From Macrostomum lignano (Eukaryota), in NCBI GenBank assembly GCA_002269645.1, contig NIVC01001989.1, forward strand, positions 124,001-188,000: a DNA stretch of 64,000 nucleotides. Reading direction: 5' to 3'. Every line of letters starts with the position of its first letter. The first letter of the stretch is position 1. The notes under the pieces were generated by a model. The model was not told where the DNA came from, did no database searches, and saw only the letters and a program-made list of their open reading frames with translations. Made by a program: the position numbers and the translations under genes. This document shows positions 35,601-49,066 of this stretch, piece by piece.

Positions 35601-36620
35601 AGTGGAACTGTGCCAGCGTATCGCCCCTGCGGAACACCAGCCCCTGCACGCCTGCCCCGATGCATGGACAATCGCATGTAATCATAGATTTGGCGACATC
35701 AAAAGTGGCTGCTGTGTCCTGAATAGGAAATGATCATGCAAGTTGATTTAATTTCAGACGCAGTCTTGAAGAGTAGCAATCAAAGTTAGTGAGCTGTTCT
35801 GGCTGAGCGTCTCTTGACTAGTGATTTCCTGTCTAACACAACTATTGATTAGCAGACTAGTTTTACAGAGATACAAAGCTAAACGGAGGGGAAATGAGAA
35901 CTTGTTCAAGAGACTTCAGGCCCATCAAGAGAATGTAGTCTAGACATACATGTAGGTAAATTCATCAGCTCGTTGTGCAGCTGTACTGTGTTGCTGCGCT
36001 CGAACCAGTGTGTCTACCGCTTAAATTTCATTTCTGTTATCTGTTTTTTTGGTCTATTGGCAAATGACTAATGAATAAGCTGGAGGCATATATGTAAAAG
36101 CATAAATTGTTTTTAGAGTTTTTTGGTCCACTGACTTACGCTTGCCGCAGTGGGCTGAAACAGTGGGCAGAAGGACAACTCAAGTAGGACGCGAAAGCTC
36201 GTTTCTCGGAAATTTTATTAGGCAGGTTTTTCCAAAAAATACACTACAGAGATACGAGTACATTTAGGAAGATTTCATTTTTTTTCAACACAAAAATTGT
36301 TATTGCTTTCCAATGTTTGGAGGCAGACCCAATGTTCATCTTTTAATATGTTGTGCCATTCTTATAGCTTTATTGATATTTATAAAGCTTTTCGTTTAGA
36401 AAATTAGGATTCTAATGTCTGCGTCAACTGACTGTTCACTCGTTTTAACGCTCGGACAGTCATTGAGTTCGGAGTTCTGACTGGTAAATCAACAGTCAGC
36501 TACTTATGAAAATCTGAGATACGTTCTAAACAAAGAAGCCCCATCAATATAGGCAGTGCGTGTGAGGGTGTTCGGGAGGTCTGAGAGAGAACAGCAACAG
36601 ACCACACTCGATGCCGTGAC
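32676..36620 (-). CDS. Possible multi-exon gene of unrecognised product
   Basis: Several GC-richer open segments on the minus strand have plausible splice sites (donor GTGAGT at 32676, CAG|GTATAC near 33236, acceptor near 35720). Exon chain not resolved. Confidence 0.25.
33600..34110. repeat. G-rich 28-29-bp minisatellite
   Basis: (GCATGGCTGGGGTTGGCGATGGGTGGGT)n with G-quadruplex-type G-runs. Confidence 0.9.
34915..35118 (+). mobile_element. 5'-truncated, diverged relative of the adjacent SINE
   Basis: Shares AGTGTAC.TGCC, AGGGCCGCTGT, TGCTCAGG and TGCGCCAGGGTGCA blocks with 35295-35480 but has no tRNA head. Confidence 0.55.
35134..35505 (+). mobile_element. Full-length tRNA-derived SINE with 15-bp TSD
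   Basis: Head GGGGGGCCGTAGCCCAGCGG (A box) ... GGCTCGATTCC (B box) and A-tail AATAAAAAA. Direct repeats ATGATAGATGGCTGA flank it at 35119-35133 and 35506-35520. Confidence 0.75.
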
Positions 36621-37410
36621 AAAGTACAGCAGGGCTCACTTTCGTTGAGCTCGCGTGAGGCCTTGACGGCAAATCTGTAAACTATTTTATGACCTTCTTT
36701 GCCATTACAAAAAGCTTTTGTGATTTTTTATTCACAAATTTGTTCTTATTAGGCAACCAAAACTTTTGGGATAGCCGTCAAAACACTAAGATTTTATAGA
36801 ATTTTAAGTTCAAATTTTATATTGAAACCTACAGTAAGTTTTAAGTATTTCCTGTTTGCACGATATTAGAAATGGTGAGTATTTTTAATACGCTTGGCTT
36901 CAGACCCTTGGCCGTTAGGAACTATAGGCATGATGAAGCTATATATGCAAAAATGAATTCCAGAAGTAACTTCAGACTTTGATCTACGAGAAAAAGTTAA
37001 ATCTAGCAGTTTTTAGGACAGAGAAAGGCTTTTACAGGGCTGGGATGCAGAGTTTGAGGCAGGGGACAGCGATAAAAGATAGGGGATCTCAGCTGGCTGG
37101 GATTAACTGGGCGGCAATTCGATTAATTCAATCCCGATTCAGGTGGCAAAGATTTACTAGCTGAACTGCCAGTTCAATTCTCCCAATGTCGGAGCGACTG
37201 ACTTCCGGCATTGAAATATAAAATATCGATTCAATTCAACCTTATCACTGAAGGCGGTTGTCTCAAGATGCTTGCGAGATGGTTGACTCCGCGCTGGTCC
37301 ATGCTAGGTCAGAGAAGGCACACACAGAAGTATTAAATAAAATAAGCCAAAGTTGCCTAGTCGTATTTACACAGTACTCAGTTTTATTTGTACTAAATAG
37401 CAAAACTTAT

Positions 37411-37652
37411 GAGTCTATCAGAATTTCCCGCAGGAAGTTTTCCCGCCGAGGTTTTCCCGCAGGGTTTTTACAGTCGGAATTTCAAGACAAATCCAATTGG
37501 ATTTTAAATCTAGTCTAGTCTAGTCTAGTCTAGTCTAGTCTAGTCTAGTCTAGATTAGTCGGTTAGTTCAAATTTAGTCCAGCACTGTCTATAGACTGGA
37601 TTTGACTCGAAATTCCGACTGTGAAAACCCTGCGGGAGATTCTCGTGCTCCC
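37411..37652. mobile_element. MITE with about 40-bp inverted repeats and a central (TAGTC)n
   Basis: CCCGCAGGGTTTTTACAGTCGGAATTTCAAGACAAATCCA versus its inverse at about 37597-37636 (37/40). Right end ATTCTCGTGCTCCC is shared with the element at 58295-58740. Left end is uncertain. Confidence 0.65.
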
Positions 37653-38239
37653 AAATTTATTAATGCCTTGTGGCGTGGCGTGATTGGATACGCCAACCCC
37701 CCTGGCTTAGCGTAATAATAATACGAGCGTAGTTAATAACGCCAGTTCCCCTGACCCCCCCCCCCGCCCCGAAGCACGGATAGATACGCAGGCACGCTCA
37801 CACAGGGTGTACTTTCTCAGTTACTCAAAGAGGTTAAAGTAGTAACTTCATCATCATAATTTGACTTTATTAATTCATCAAATTATTCATTAATGAGCTA
37901 ATGTGGCTTACCTTAAAACTAAAATGCCACCTTCAATCAGTAGCACCGTTAAATGGAATAAATTGATTAGCTTTGACGTCAAGAGTGACAAATCTGCTCA
38001 CAATTCCAATGCACCTCCCAACCCATGGACAGGCTGCGATGCACAGTACGGCTAGTGGACATTCCGTCCCCTGCGCCTGCGATTGGTCGAGGGCTGCAAA
38101 ATCCCCGGCAGGACCCGAAGCTCCGCCCGACCCTATACGCGCCTCGTCCATCTCTATATATGAACCGGCAGCTGGCAAAATCCTTCAGCCACTTCCCTTG
38201 CCGACTCGACTGGCCACCGGACAACAAAAGGCAACAGCG

Positions 38240-40571
38240 ATGAACTCCGCCCAGGCTGCCGAATCGCTGGCCGCGATCTGCAACGGCACCGAGGCGATGG
38301 CCGCCTGCATCGAGGAGGCAATCTACAGCGTCACGGTCGAGACCAAGCTGTCCGAGAGATTCTACCAGGCTGCCGCAGCCGGCTACATCGCGGTTCTGCT
38401 GTGCGCGGTGCTGGCCAACAGCCTCATGCTGTACGCCATCCTGTCAACCTGGCGCGAGAGCCGGGCATCGAATTATCGCTGCTTCTATTTGAATTTGATC
38501 GTCTGCGACCTGCTGTCGGCGCTGCTGATCCTGCCGGCTAGCGGCCGCGACCAGATCGACGACCGCTGGCTGTTGGGCGAGGCCGGCTGCAAGGCGGTGC
38601 ACGCGCTCAGCGTCTGCCTCATGTGCAGCAGCGTGTTGACCCTCACCGGCGTCAGCTGGCTGCGCTGCCTCGGCGCCGGCCGGCTGACCTTCAACTGGAT
38701 TGACAGGCGGCGCAGCCTCGGCCGTGAGCTGGCCGCCATCGGCGCCATCTGGTTGCTGGCCGGCCTGGCCGCCTTGCCCGCTGGCGCGGTGTCCGAGCTG
38801 CAGGAGCAGTACGACGGCATCTCCGGCCACCTCGCGGACAAACTGGACCGGCCAATCAGCTGGCCGGTGTGCCGAGAAAACTGGGGCAACCAGTCGGCGA
38901 CAGAGGCCGACGCGGAGGGGCAGCGGCAGTTCAACGCCAGCTTCTGGTGAGCTCAGGCTGTTGCGCAACTTAAGCTCAAATTCAGATTGAGTTCGAAGTT
39001 TTGCCCGCTTCAGAGAACTGGGGACATCAGAGTGCTAAAGTAGCAAAACTGTAGGCGGGCTGCGGCAGAGCACTAAGAGGGTAGGGACAGAGGGTAGGGG
39101 CAGAGGGTAGCGACAGAGGGTAGGGACAGAGGATAGGGACAGAGGATAGGGACAGAGGGTAGGGACAGAGGGTAGGGACAGAGGGTAGGGACAGAGGGTA
39201 GGGACAGAGGGTTAGGGACAGAGGGTAGGGACAGAGGGTTAGGGACAGAGGGTTAGGGACAGAGGGTAGGGACAGAGGATAGGGACAGAGGGTAGGGACA
39301 GAGGGTAGGGACAGAGGATAGGGACAGAGGATAGGGACAGAGGATAGGGACAGAGGGTAGGGACAGAGGGTAGGGACAGAGGGTAGGGACAGAGGGTAGA
39401 GACAGAGGGTGGGACAGAGGGTAGGGACAGAGGATAGGGACAGAGGATAGGGACAGAGGGTAGGGACAGAGGGTAGTGACAGAGGGTAGGGACAGAGGAT
39501 AGGGACAGAGGGTTAGGGACAGAGAGTAGGGACAGAGGGTTAGGGACAGAGGGTAGGGACAGAGGGTAGGGACAGAGGGTAGGGACAGAGGGTAGAGACA
39601 GAGGGTAGGGACAGAGGGTAGGGACAGAGGGTAGGGACAGAGGGTTAGGGACAGAGGGTTAGGGACAGAGGGTAGGGACAGAGGGTAGGGACAGAGGGTA
39701 GGGACAGAGGGTAGGGACAGAGGGTAGGGACAGAGGGTAGGGACAGAGGTAGGGACAGAGCACAAAGGCAGACGCTGAGCATACCCATTAACCCACGGCC
39801 TGCAGGTACGGCCTGGCCATCCTATGCTTGGCCTTCCTCCTGCCGCTGCTCAGCCTGGCTGCCGCCTACTGCCGCATCTGCCGCGTCATCTACCTGTCCA
39901 ACCGCATTCTGAACGCGCATCGTCGCTGGCAGGAGATGGTCAGCGCTGGCTATCGCGGTGCTGCGGACACGACCCTCGTACGGCTCAGCAGCCTGCAGCA
40001 GCGCCAGCAGCAGCAACAGCAACAGCAACAACAGAAGCAGCAGCAGCAGCGCCAGCAGCAGCGGCGGCACCAGGCCACTCCGCCGCTGCCGCCATCCACC
40101 TGCAATGCCATCAGCCAGCGTCGCCGACTGGCAACCTCTCGCCGAATGTTCCTCCTAGCCGTAGCCCTAGTGGTGATTTTCGCCGTCACCTGGCTGCCAA
40201 TCCAGTGCTTTCAGCTCATCCGGGCCCGCCCGGACTCCAGGGTGTGGAACGCTGAACTGTCGCACAAGTTGGCCTTCGTATTCCACCTGCTGGCGCTGTC
40301 GAACTGTCTCGTGAACCCCTGCTTCCTGGTGGCCACGCATTCGCCATACAGGCGCCGGCTTCGCCGTCTGGTTCGCAACTTCTACAGGCGCCGACGCCGG
40401 CACGGCTGCTGCGTCTGTTGCCTGCTCTGCTTGTGCAACATCTTCGGCTCCTGTTGCGACTGTTGCTGCTGTGGCGGTCGCGACGGCAGAGACGGCTGCA
40501 ACACGTGCTGGCTGTGCCCGTTCCGGAAGCGAGCCGGGGACCGGCAGTTCGAGCTGAACGATCTCAGTTGA
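38240..40571 (+). CDS. Class A GPCR, neuropeptide-receptor-like, join(38240..38946,39806..40571), 490 aa
   Basis: Seven hydrophobic segments with TM1 AN, TM2 NLIVCD, ECL1 WLLG..C, TM4 W, ECL2 VCRENW, TM5 LLP, TM6 FAVTWLP and TM7 SNCLVNP. Phase-2 intron TG|GTGAGC...CAG|G. Confidence 0.88.
39075..39762. repeat. 13-14-bp G-rich minisatellite filling the GPCR intron
   Basis: (GGACAGAGGGTAG)n; some variants contain TTAGGG. Confidence 0.92.
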
Positions 40572-41623
40572 ACTTTGATGCCCGCGAAAGACGCTGATTG
40601 TAACAGTGAAGAAAGTCAAATTCGATGAACAGAAAGTCAAGAGTCTATTTTTTATGTTTGCCCACGAGTGCAGCTCTGTATGGTGAATTCCATCTCACAG
40701 AATTTTGTCTTGTGAATGTATAAGTGAATTTTCTGTCTCTATAAACTGTTTCCAGTTTGTTTAAACTCGCGCCCCCTCTCCCTAAGTGTGCCCACCTCCG
40801 ACTTGACTGTTCTGCACCCTGTCATGAAATACAATAGCCCTATAAAACATGCAACAAAGTGTTCAATTCTGCATACAGCCCGCAGTAAACCACTGCAGTA
40901 AAAAGCATTGGAAATTTCGATTAAGGAAATGAGAAAAACACAGAGCTAGCAGGCTGGGATTTCACATTGGTTCCCGATCCGTCTTCGGTCTGCGGCAAAG
41001 CCATCCCAAAAATAGGCCCATTGTGCAAGTTAGTAAAAACATCACGCGTACATCCGCACCTGCACTGACTAATAAACCAGCCAGTGTCTCACTGCAGACA
41101 ATCAACACGTGACAATTTGCCAAATGAAACCAGCCTGACCGCCTTGTTTCTGGACCCGACCGAGGAGGAGGCTCTCAGGTGTGCTCAGGCGAACTCGAGA
41201 AAAACAACTCGACCATATGGTGACTTGCTTTCTGATGGGGATGGCCTGCTGCAGCTGGGAAGCTTCTTGATAACCCTTGTGCGAATTTGCTGGACAAGGT
41301 GCTTGAAAATATAAGCCAGATGAGGCACAAGTGTTTATCCCTGCCTCCGCGTGAACCTTGGCGCAGCATTCCTAATTTGCAGTTGCTATGTTATAATGCA
41401 TGTTCTTCTTCAAATAAATATACACAGCATCTGGTTCCTGCTCACGCACTCACGTTTCTTGACCTTAAAAAACAGGTCTTCGAGCTTATGAATAGCGATC
41501 GGGAATGCTGCTCAGCATCCTTCATCTTGATTGAATTTCACTAATTTCAGTCTAACTGCAAACACGAGCCCGCGCATGCCTTAAATGTGTAACAGAGAGG
41601 GGGGAGCAGCCCAATTGCAAACC

Positions 41624-42422
41624 AGATCCTAGATCCCAGATCCTAGATCCCAGATCCTAGATCCCAGATCCTAGATCCCAGATCCTAGATCCCAGATCCT
41701 AGATCCCAGATCCTAGATCCCAGATCCTAGATCCCAGATCCTAGATCCCAGATCCTAGATCCCAGATCCTAGATCCCAGATCCTAGATCCCAGATCCTAG
41801 ATCCCAGATCCTAGATCCCAGATCCTAGATCCCAGATCCTAGATCCCAGATCCTAGATCCCAGATCCTAGATCCCAGATCCTAGATCCCAGATCCTAGAT
41901 CCCAGATCCTAGATCCCAGATCCTAGATCCCAGATCCTAGATCCCAGATCCTAGATCCCAGATCCTAGATCCCAGATCCTAGATCCCAGATCCTAGATCC
42001 CAGATCCTAGATCCCAGATCCTAGATCCCAGATCCTAGATCCCAGATCCTAGATCCCAGATCCTAGATCCCAGATCCTAGATCCCAGATCCTAGATCCCA
42101 GATCCTAGATCCCAGATCCTAGATCCTAGATCCCAGATCCTAGATCCCAGATCCTAGATCCCAGATCCTAGATCCCAGATCCTAGATCCCAGATCCTAGA
42201 TCCCAGATCCTAGATCCCAGATCCTAGATCCCAGATCCTAGATCCCAGATCCTAGATCCCAGATCCTAGATCCCAGATCCTAGATCCCAGATCCTAGATC
42301 CCAGATCCTAGATCCCAGATCCTAGATCCCAGATCCTAGATCCCAGATCCTAGATCCCAGATCCTAGATCCCAGATCCTAGATCCCAGATCCTAGATCCC
42401 AGATCCTAGATCCTAGATCCCC
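41624..42422. repeat. Near-perfect 14-bp tandem array
   Basis: (AGATCCTAGATCCC)n, about 56 copies, itself built from two 7-bp halves. Confidence 0.95.
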
Positions 42423-43304
42423 ACATAGTCTGACATTTAAGTTTTATATTTTCAACAGTGACATTGAAAATTGACTTAAAATTGAATAAATTTTGTTCTC
42501 GTCTTGCACATTTTTCCTCAAAATATCTGAAAAAACACAAAGCATCAGCAATGACGCTTGAAATGCGTGAAAATATGCTAAAAATAAGTTTAGACCAAAT
42601 AAAGTCTAGCGATGTGAGCGTGCAGTCCTGATGCTCAAGTTTTGCATGCCCAGCTCGAACAGAAGAAAAGACGGAAGCGCGGTGACGCAGCAACAAAATC
42701 AGTCAAAGACAGCTTTGCCTAATTTGTAGCAAACTTTTCTTTTTAGAAGAGGTTTCTCTGGCTAGGTTTCCAGCAGGCCCTATCGCTAACGTGACCAGAG
42801 CTGAAAAGCGGTCGCTCGGCTGTTTTTCTCTTTGGAATTTTCAACACGCTCCCCGACTCACTGGCCTGGCGTGTCGGCTCCAGAGTCTCTCGAAACTCTT
42901 ATTAAGACTTCATTAGCCGGCGAATGTTTAAACATCACGAGGGGACAGCCAGGTGATCCAGTTGGCTTGCGCTTGGCAACTCCCACAGGTGGCCCGCACA
43001 GACTTACCTGGGAGCAAATTAATTGGGCGGGAGAAAGTCTAAAGGCAGGCACGCAATGCCGGTGTCAGGAGGTAGACAAGTGAATTGAAGATTCAAGAGT
43101 CACGAAAAGGTGACCAGATTTGTTTATTATTAAGGAATTAAGTGCGCAACTAAGGATTTAAGTGCGGAACCTTTGGTTTTCCAAGGATTGCTAAAATCTC
43201 TAAAACACAACCTGCTGAAAAATCTGTTCCATAGTCAAAACAGAAATTCAAATCAGGAGAGGCAGAAATAACAGTGACTCGCTGGCAGCCTGACCTGCAG
43301 CGTC

Positions 43305-44335
43305 TTCAGCTAGCCCAGTAGGTTGCCAGCTACCCCAATAGGTTGTCAGTTCTCCCGGTAGGTTGTCAGCTAGCCCAGTAGGTTGCCAGCTACCCCAATA
43401 GGTTGTCAGTTCTCCCGGTAGGTTGTCAGCTAGCCCAGTAGGTTGCCAGCTACCCCAATAGGTTGTCAGTTCTCCCGGTAGGTTGTCAGCTAGCCCAGTA
43501 GGTTGCCAGCTACCCCAATAGGTTGTCAGTTCTCCCGGTAGGTTGTCAGCTAGCCCAGTAGGTTGCCAGCTACCCCAATAGGTTGTCAGTTCTCCCGGTA
43601 GGTTGTCAGCTAGCCCAGTAGGTTGCCAGCTACCCCAATAGGTTGTCAGTTCTCCCGGTAGGTTGTCAGCTAGCCCAGTAGATTGCCAGCTACCCCAATA
43701 GGTTGTCAGTTCTCCCGGTAGGTTGTCAGCTAGCCTGGTAGATTGTCAGCTAGCCTGGTAGATTGTCAGCTAGCTCGGTAGTTTGTCAGCTAGCCCAGTA
43801 GGTTGCCAGCTCTCCCGGTAGGTTGTCAGTTCTCCCGGTAGGTTGTCAGCTCTCCCGGTAGGTTGCCAGCTCTCCCGGTAGGTTGTCAGTTCTCCCGGTA
43901 GGTTGTCAGCTCTCCCGATAGGCTGCCAGCTCTCCCGGTAGGTTGTTAGCTCTCCCGGTAGGTTGTCAGCTAGTCTGATAGATTTTCAGCTAGCTCGGTA
44001 GGTTGTCGGCTAGCCCAGTAGGTTGCCAGCTCTCCCGGTAGGTTGTTAGCTCTCCCGGTAGGTTGTCAGCTAGTCTGGTAGATTGTCAGCTAGCTCGGTA
44101 GGTTGTCAACTAGCCCAGTAGGTTGCCAGCTCTCCCGGTAGGTTGTCAGCTCTCCCGGTAGGTTGTCAGCTCTCCCGGTAGGTTGTCAGCTCTCCCGGTA
44201 GGTTTTCAGCTCTCCCGGTAGGTTTTCAGCTAGCTCGGTAAGGTTGCCAGCTAGCTCAGAGGTTGTCAGCTAGCCCGGCTGGTTGTCAGCTAACCCGGTT
44301 GGTTGTCAGCTAGCTTGGTTGGTTTTCAGCTACCT
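43305..44335. repeat. 20-bp satellite with a 60-bp higher-order repeat at its 5' side
   Basis: Lines 43321-43680 repeat exactly every 60 bp (three 20-bp variants) and then decay into mixed monomers. Confidence 0.92.
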
Positions 44336-44842
44336 GCATAAATCCTACCGTTTTTAAGCCCATTTTAAGCTACCTGAGCCTCCCCTGTTAAAAGCCTCCA
44401 TTTCTGTCAGTCGCACGATGCAGTCCACAAATCCCCCGTGAATTTCTCAGCTAATCTCTGCCGCTTCCTTGGTTTCAAATTACAGTCGACATTAAAAGAT
44501 CCCGGGCACTACGGCAGCTCACGTAGCATTGTCACTCTGTTGTCACCCGCACCATCGAGCAATCATTTTTAAAAATCTGTCAAGAAATCCAGTCATTCGC
44601 GTGCCCTGTTGAACAGATGGATTGACTAATGTCGCTAATATTAACCTTGCTTTAATCTCCTTGGTTTGTCTAATTAGAGATTATCAAATTGACAGGCTGC
44701 TCGCACTGCCCGCCCTTCGATCAGGTTGAGCAGGCTGGAGTCTATCGCGAGACAGTATAAATCCCCCATCGGCTTATCCCGCCGTTCAGGTTGCTTAAAA
44801 ATAGTCTCAGCTCTTAATCCCGCACGGAGACGGGCGCTCAGT

Positions 44843-45062
44843 TCAGACAGAGAGAGCCAGCTTCACAAGTGACTCTGCCCCCATATAGCGAGCAGGTCAG
44901 TCAGACAGAGCCAGCTTCACAAGTGACTCTGCCCCCATATAGCGAGCAGGTCAGTCAGACAGAGCCAGCTTCACAAGTGACTCTGCCCCCATATAGCGAG
45001 CAGGTCAGTCAGACAGAGCCAGCTTCACAAGTGACTCTGCCACCATAGCGAGCAGGTCAGAC
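44843..45062. repeat. 54-bp tandem repeat, about 3.5 copies
   Basis: CAGACAGAGCCAGCTTCACAAGTGACTCTGCCCCCATATAGCGAGCAGGTCAGT. Confidence 0.85.
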
Positions 45063-45394
45063 ACAAATTTCGCGAATTAGTGAGAAAGTGATGGCTGATG
45101 CTCCACAGCCGCCATGTTTCCTAATACGCGAGGACATTAATCCGAACTTTTAGGTTGCAATATTCGCAATATTCAGATCACTTTTCAAATAGTGCTCAAG
45201 GCGTACTGACTGTCTGCAAAAACTAAATCGCGAATTTAAGCCTTCTTGCTTTTAGGTTTATATGAGCCAGACGAAAGATAGATTGAATTATTCATGGTTT
45301 GATAAAGCTTTATAAAGAAAAGGTTGTCTAATCGTCCCCTCATTACATAGCAGTGCATTGTTAGCCGGCAGATGCCAGATTGTTAGCTAGTTCA

Positions 45395-46140
45395 TAGACT
45401 GTTATAGATATTTGGCAGATTGTTATACATAGTTTATAGACTGTTATAGATATTTGGCAGATTGTTATAGATTGTTTATAGATTGTTATAGATATTTGGC
45501 AGATTGTTATAGATTGTTTATAGACTGTTATAGATATTTGGCAGATTGTTATAGATTGTTTATAGATTGTTATAGATATTTGGCAGATTGTTATACATTG
45601 TTTATAGATTGTTATAGATATTTGGCAGATTGTTATAGATTGTTTATAGATTGATATAGATATTTGGCAGACTGTTATAGATTGTTTATAGATTGTTATA
45701 GATATTTGGCAGATTGTTATAGATTGTTTATAGATTGTTATAGATATTTGGCAGATTGTTATACATTGTTTATAGATTGTTATAGATATTTGGCAGATTG
45801 TTATAGATTGTTTATAGATTGATATAGATATTTGGCAGACTGTTATAGATTGTTTATAGATTGTTATAGATATTTGGCAGATTGTTATAGATTGTTATAG
45901 ATATTTGGCAGATTGTTATAGATTGTTTAAAGATTGTTATAGATATTTGGCAGATTGTTATAGATTGTTTATAGATTGTTATAGATATTTGGCAGACTGT
46001 TATAGATTGTTTATAGATTGTTATAGATATTTGGCAGATTGTTATAGATTGTTTAAAGATTGTTATAGATATTTGGCAGATTGTTATAGATTGTTATAGA
46101 TATTTGGCAGATTTTTATAGATATTCGGCAGATTGTTAGA
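45395..46140. repeat. AT-rich 42-bp minisatellite built from about 10-bp subunits
   Basis: (GATTGTTATAGATATTTGGCAGATTGTTATAGATTGTTTATA)n. Confidence 0.9.
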
Positions 46141-46776
46141 GATAATAAGTAGATTGTTAGTAGATCTCCAGCCTAGAACTTTATCATTGTCTTCAGCCAG
46201 CTAATTGAAGCCAACAAATATTTCAGACTGCCAGCAGGTCATTAAATAAATTTTCCAACCACTCAAACCTTACGTCAGCGGGTGCTAGCATCTAAATAAT
46301 CTCATTACCGTTAAAGCTAATATGTCTGACTGTGGGCATAATAATAGTTGTCAATTAGAAGCCACTGTTTTATTACGATTGCGCCAGACATGCAGAGGCA
46401 CGCCCTACCGACCGTTTCTTAGGTTGCCATCCAGGGTCTTCGGAGAGAACAGGTGATGCGCGGAGGACAAGCGATTTCACTGCAGCATGCAGTGACGCAG
46501 CATTAGCAGCGCCTGTGAAATCTGGCATTATTATATTTCCACCTGCTGGTCGCTACACCGCAGCTTTACGAGGAGGAATAATTGCTGCGAGATTACGGCA
46601 AAGGGAGCTCAACCTCGTCTGTCTCCTGTAGTTCCAGAGTTGTGCCTGCCTAGGACACAATTTAATCGTCCTACACTCAACCTTTGCAGACTCAACCTGT
46701 TCGGAAGTTTCTCCAGCTTGAAGTTCGTCCGACCGTCTATTGCCCGCATTACAGTTCAAGTGGGTTGTGTTGTCTA

Positions 46777-47405
<629 letters not shown>

Positions 47406-47876
47406 GTCCGTGCAGTTTTCACCCCGTTGAAACAATGGTGCAGAAAAGTTTAAGCCATGAAATCCTTTCCGCCTCTTTAATGAGGCTTGCAGGCAGAAAT
47501 GGGAAATTTGGAGAACAAAGAGGCGAACGTTTAGGGAGCCATATTTGGAGGGAAAACTAACAAAATCAGTATTTCTAATTAAATAGACAGACCTGCAGCA
47601 TCAGTAAAAAGAGGCTTCATATATGTACAACAGAAATTTGGCCCTTTTAAATAATTAGCTCGTATAGAAAAGTGAGAAGTAGATTTTGTTCGAGTTGTCT
47701 AGTTTCGGTGCTGGGAGGGCTGAATAAGCGCGCCTGAGATAAGCGCGCATGTGTATTCTTTACGATTTGACATAGATAGCGCGCACAGGCAGAAGCGCGC
47801 AAACGCGGCAGTGACACAAGTGCGCAGACAATTTTGACGGTAGTGACACAAGAGCGCAGACCATTTCGACGGTAGT

Positions 47877-48034
47877 TGTTGTGGGTTGATGGCTTTGCCA
47901 TAGACATTTTTGTTACGCGACTGCGTTGATGAATTGAACCATGCTATTGAGTTATGAAATAAATGATAGACGCGTCAGAGGTCAACAGACCGCTAGACTG
48001 ACAATTGCCAAAGGCTAAAGCCAAAAGCACAACA
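47877..48034 (+). repeat. 5' LTR
   Basis: Starts TGTTGTG, ends CACAACA, followed by the PBS. Confidence 0.95.
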
Positions 48035-48062
48035 GTGGCGTCGGCAAGCATAGGCTACGAAA

Positions 48063-49066
48063 ATGCCTGGAAGTACGCCAGCATCGCCAACTAAAGGAGT
48101 TGGTAAAACGGTTTCGAGCGACAAAGCACCACCGCTTGCGATCTCATCGAAATCAGTCCAAGCGACAAAGTCGGCAACAGCGACAGCGCAGAACCCAAGC
48201 GCACAACTATCGAGAGGACAGCAAGTTGACATCGAAAAACTCGATGAAAGTTCGAACTTCCAGAGGTGGTTGGACCGATTCACACTGTGCAGCGAACTCA
48301 ACGGCTGGCAGGACGACACGAAAAACAAGCTGCTGCTGATGAAGCTCAGCACCAAGCTGTACGACGCATTGGCAGATCGAGCCGCTCCCAAGAAGCCGGG
48401 AGAAAAGAGCTTCGATGAACTGACCAAACTACTGGCCAGCATCCTGGAACCAAAGACGTTCGTCATGGCTGAGAGATTCAATTTCCAGCATATCACTCGC
48501 ACGGCATCAATGAGCATTCGTGAGTATGCACAGCAACTCTGCATGCAGGCAGACAAGTGTCAGTTTGGCCTATCCAGAGATGAGAGACTGAGAGATCAGC
48601 TCGTATTCGGTTTGAATGACAAGGTGGCCATCAGCAAGTTATTGGAACAGGACTTCAGCACTCTCACGTTTGAGACAGCTATCAACATCGCTGAGGCGCA
48701 CCAGAACCTATCACAAACGCAAATACTAAAGAGTTGCACCAGTCAGCCGCAGTCTTCTGAAGTAATCAAAATTTCAGCATCGGTGGCCAGAGGCTCCCAC
48801 TCTACAAGCTCCAAGTGTGGCAATGTGGCACAATGCATGGCTCCAATGGAGGGTGTCCTGCGAAAGGAAAAACGTGCAACAAATGTGGCATGCAAAACCA
48901 CTTCGCAACAGTTTGCAAAACGAAATCAACTGGTTTTGGCAAAGGCCGAAAATCGTTCAAAAGCCCGTCAGCATCTGGTCAATTTAGGCGAGCTGCAGTG
49001 TGGCCAAGGACCACAAGCTTTGTAGATGCAAGCGAAGCTGAACAGGAGGATTGTTTTCACATTTGA
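48063..49066 (+). pseudogene. gag: gag, with a 1-nt frameshift near 48815 ahead of the zinc knuckles
   Basis: WLDRFTLC..., ERFNF...LRDQLVFGL; after the shift CNKCGMQNHFATVC (CX2CX4HX4C). Ends in TGA at 49064-49066. Confidence 0.8.

Noticed and set aside
39075-39762. Interstitial telomere
   Set aside because: TTAGGG occurs only as an occasional variant of a 13-bp unit.
41084-41544. Short overlapping ORFs after the GPCR
   Set aside because: No recognisable motif or consistent exon structure.
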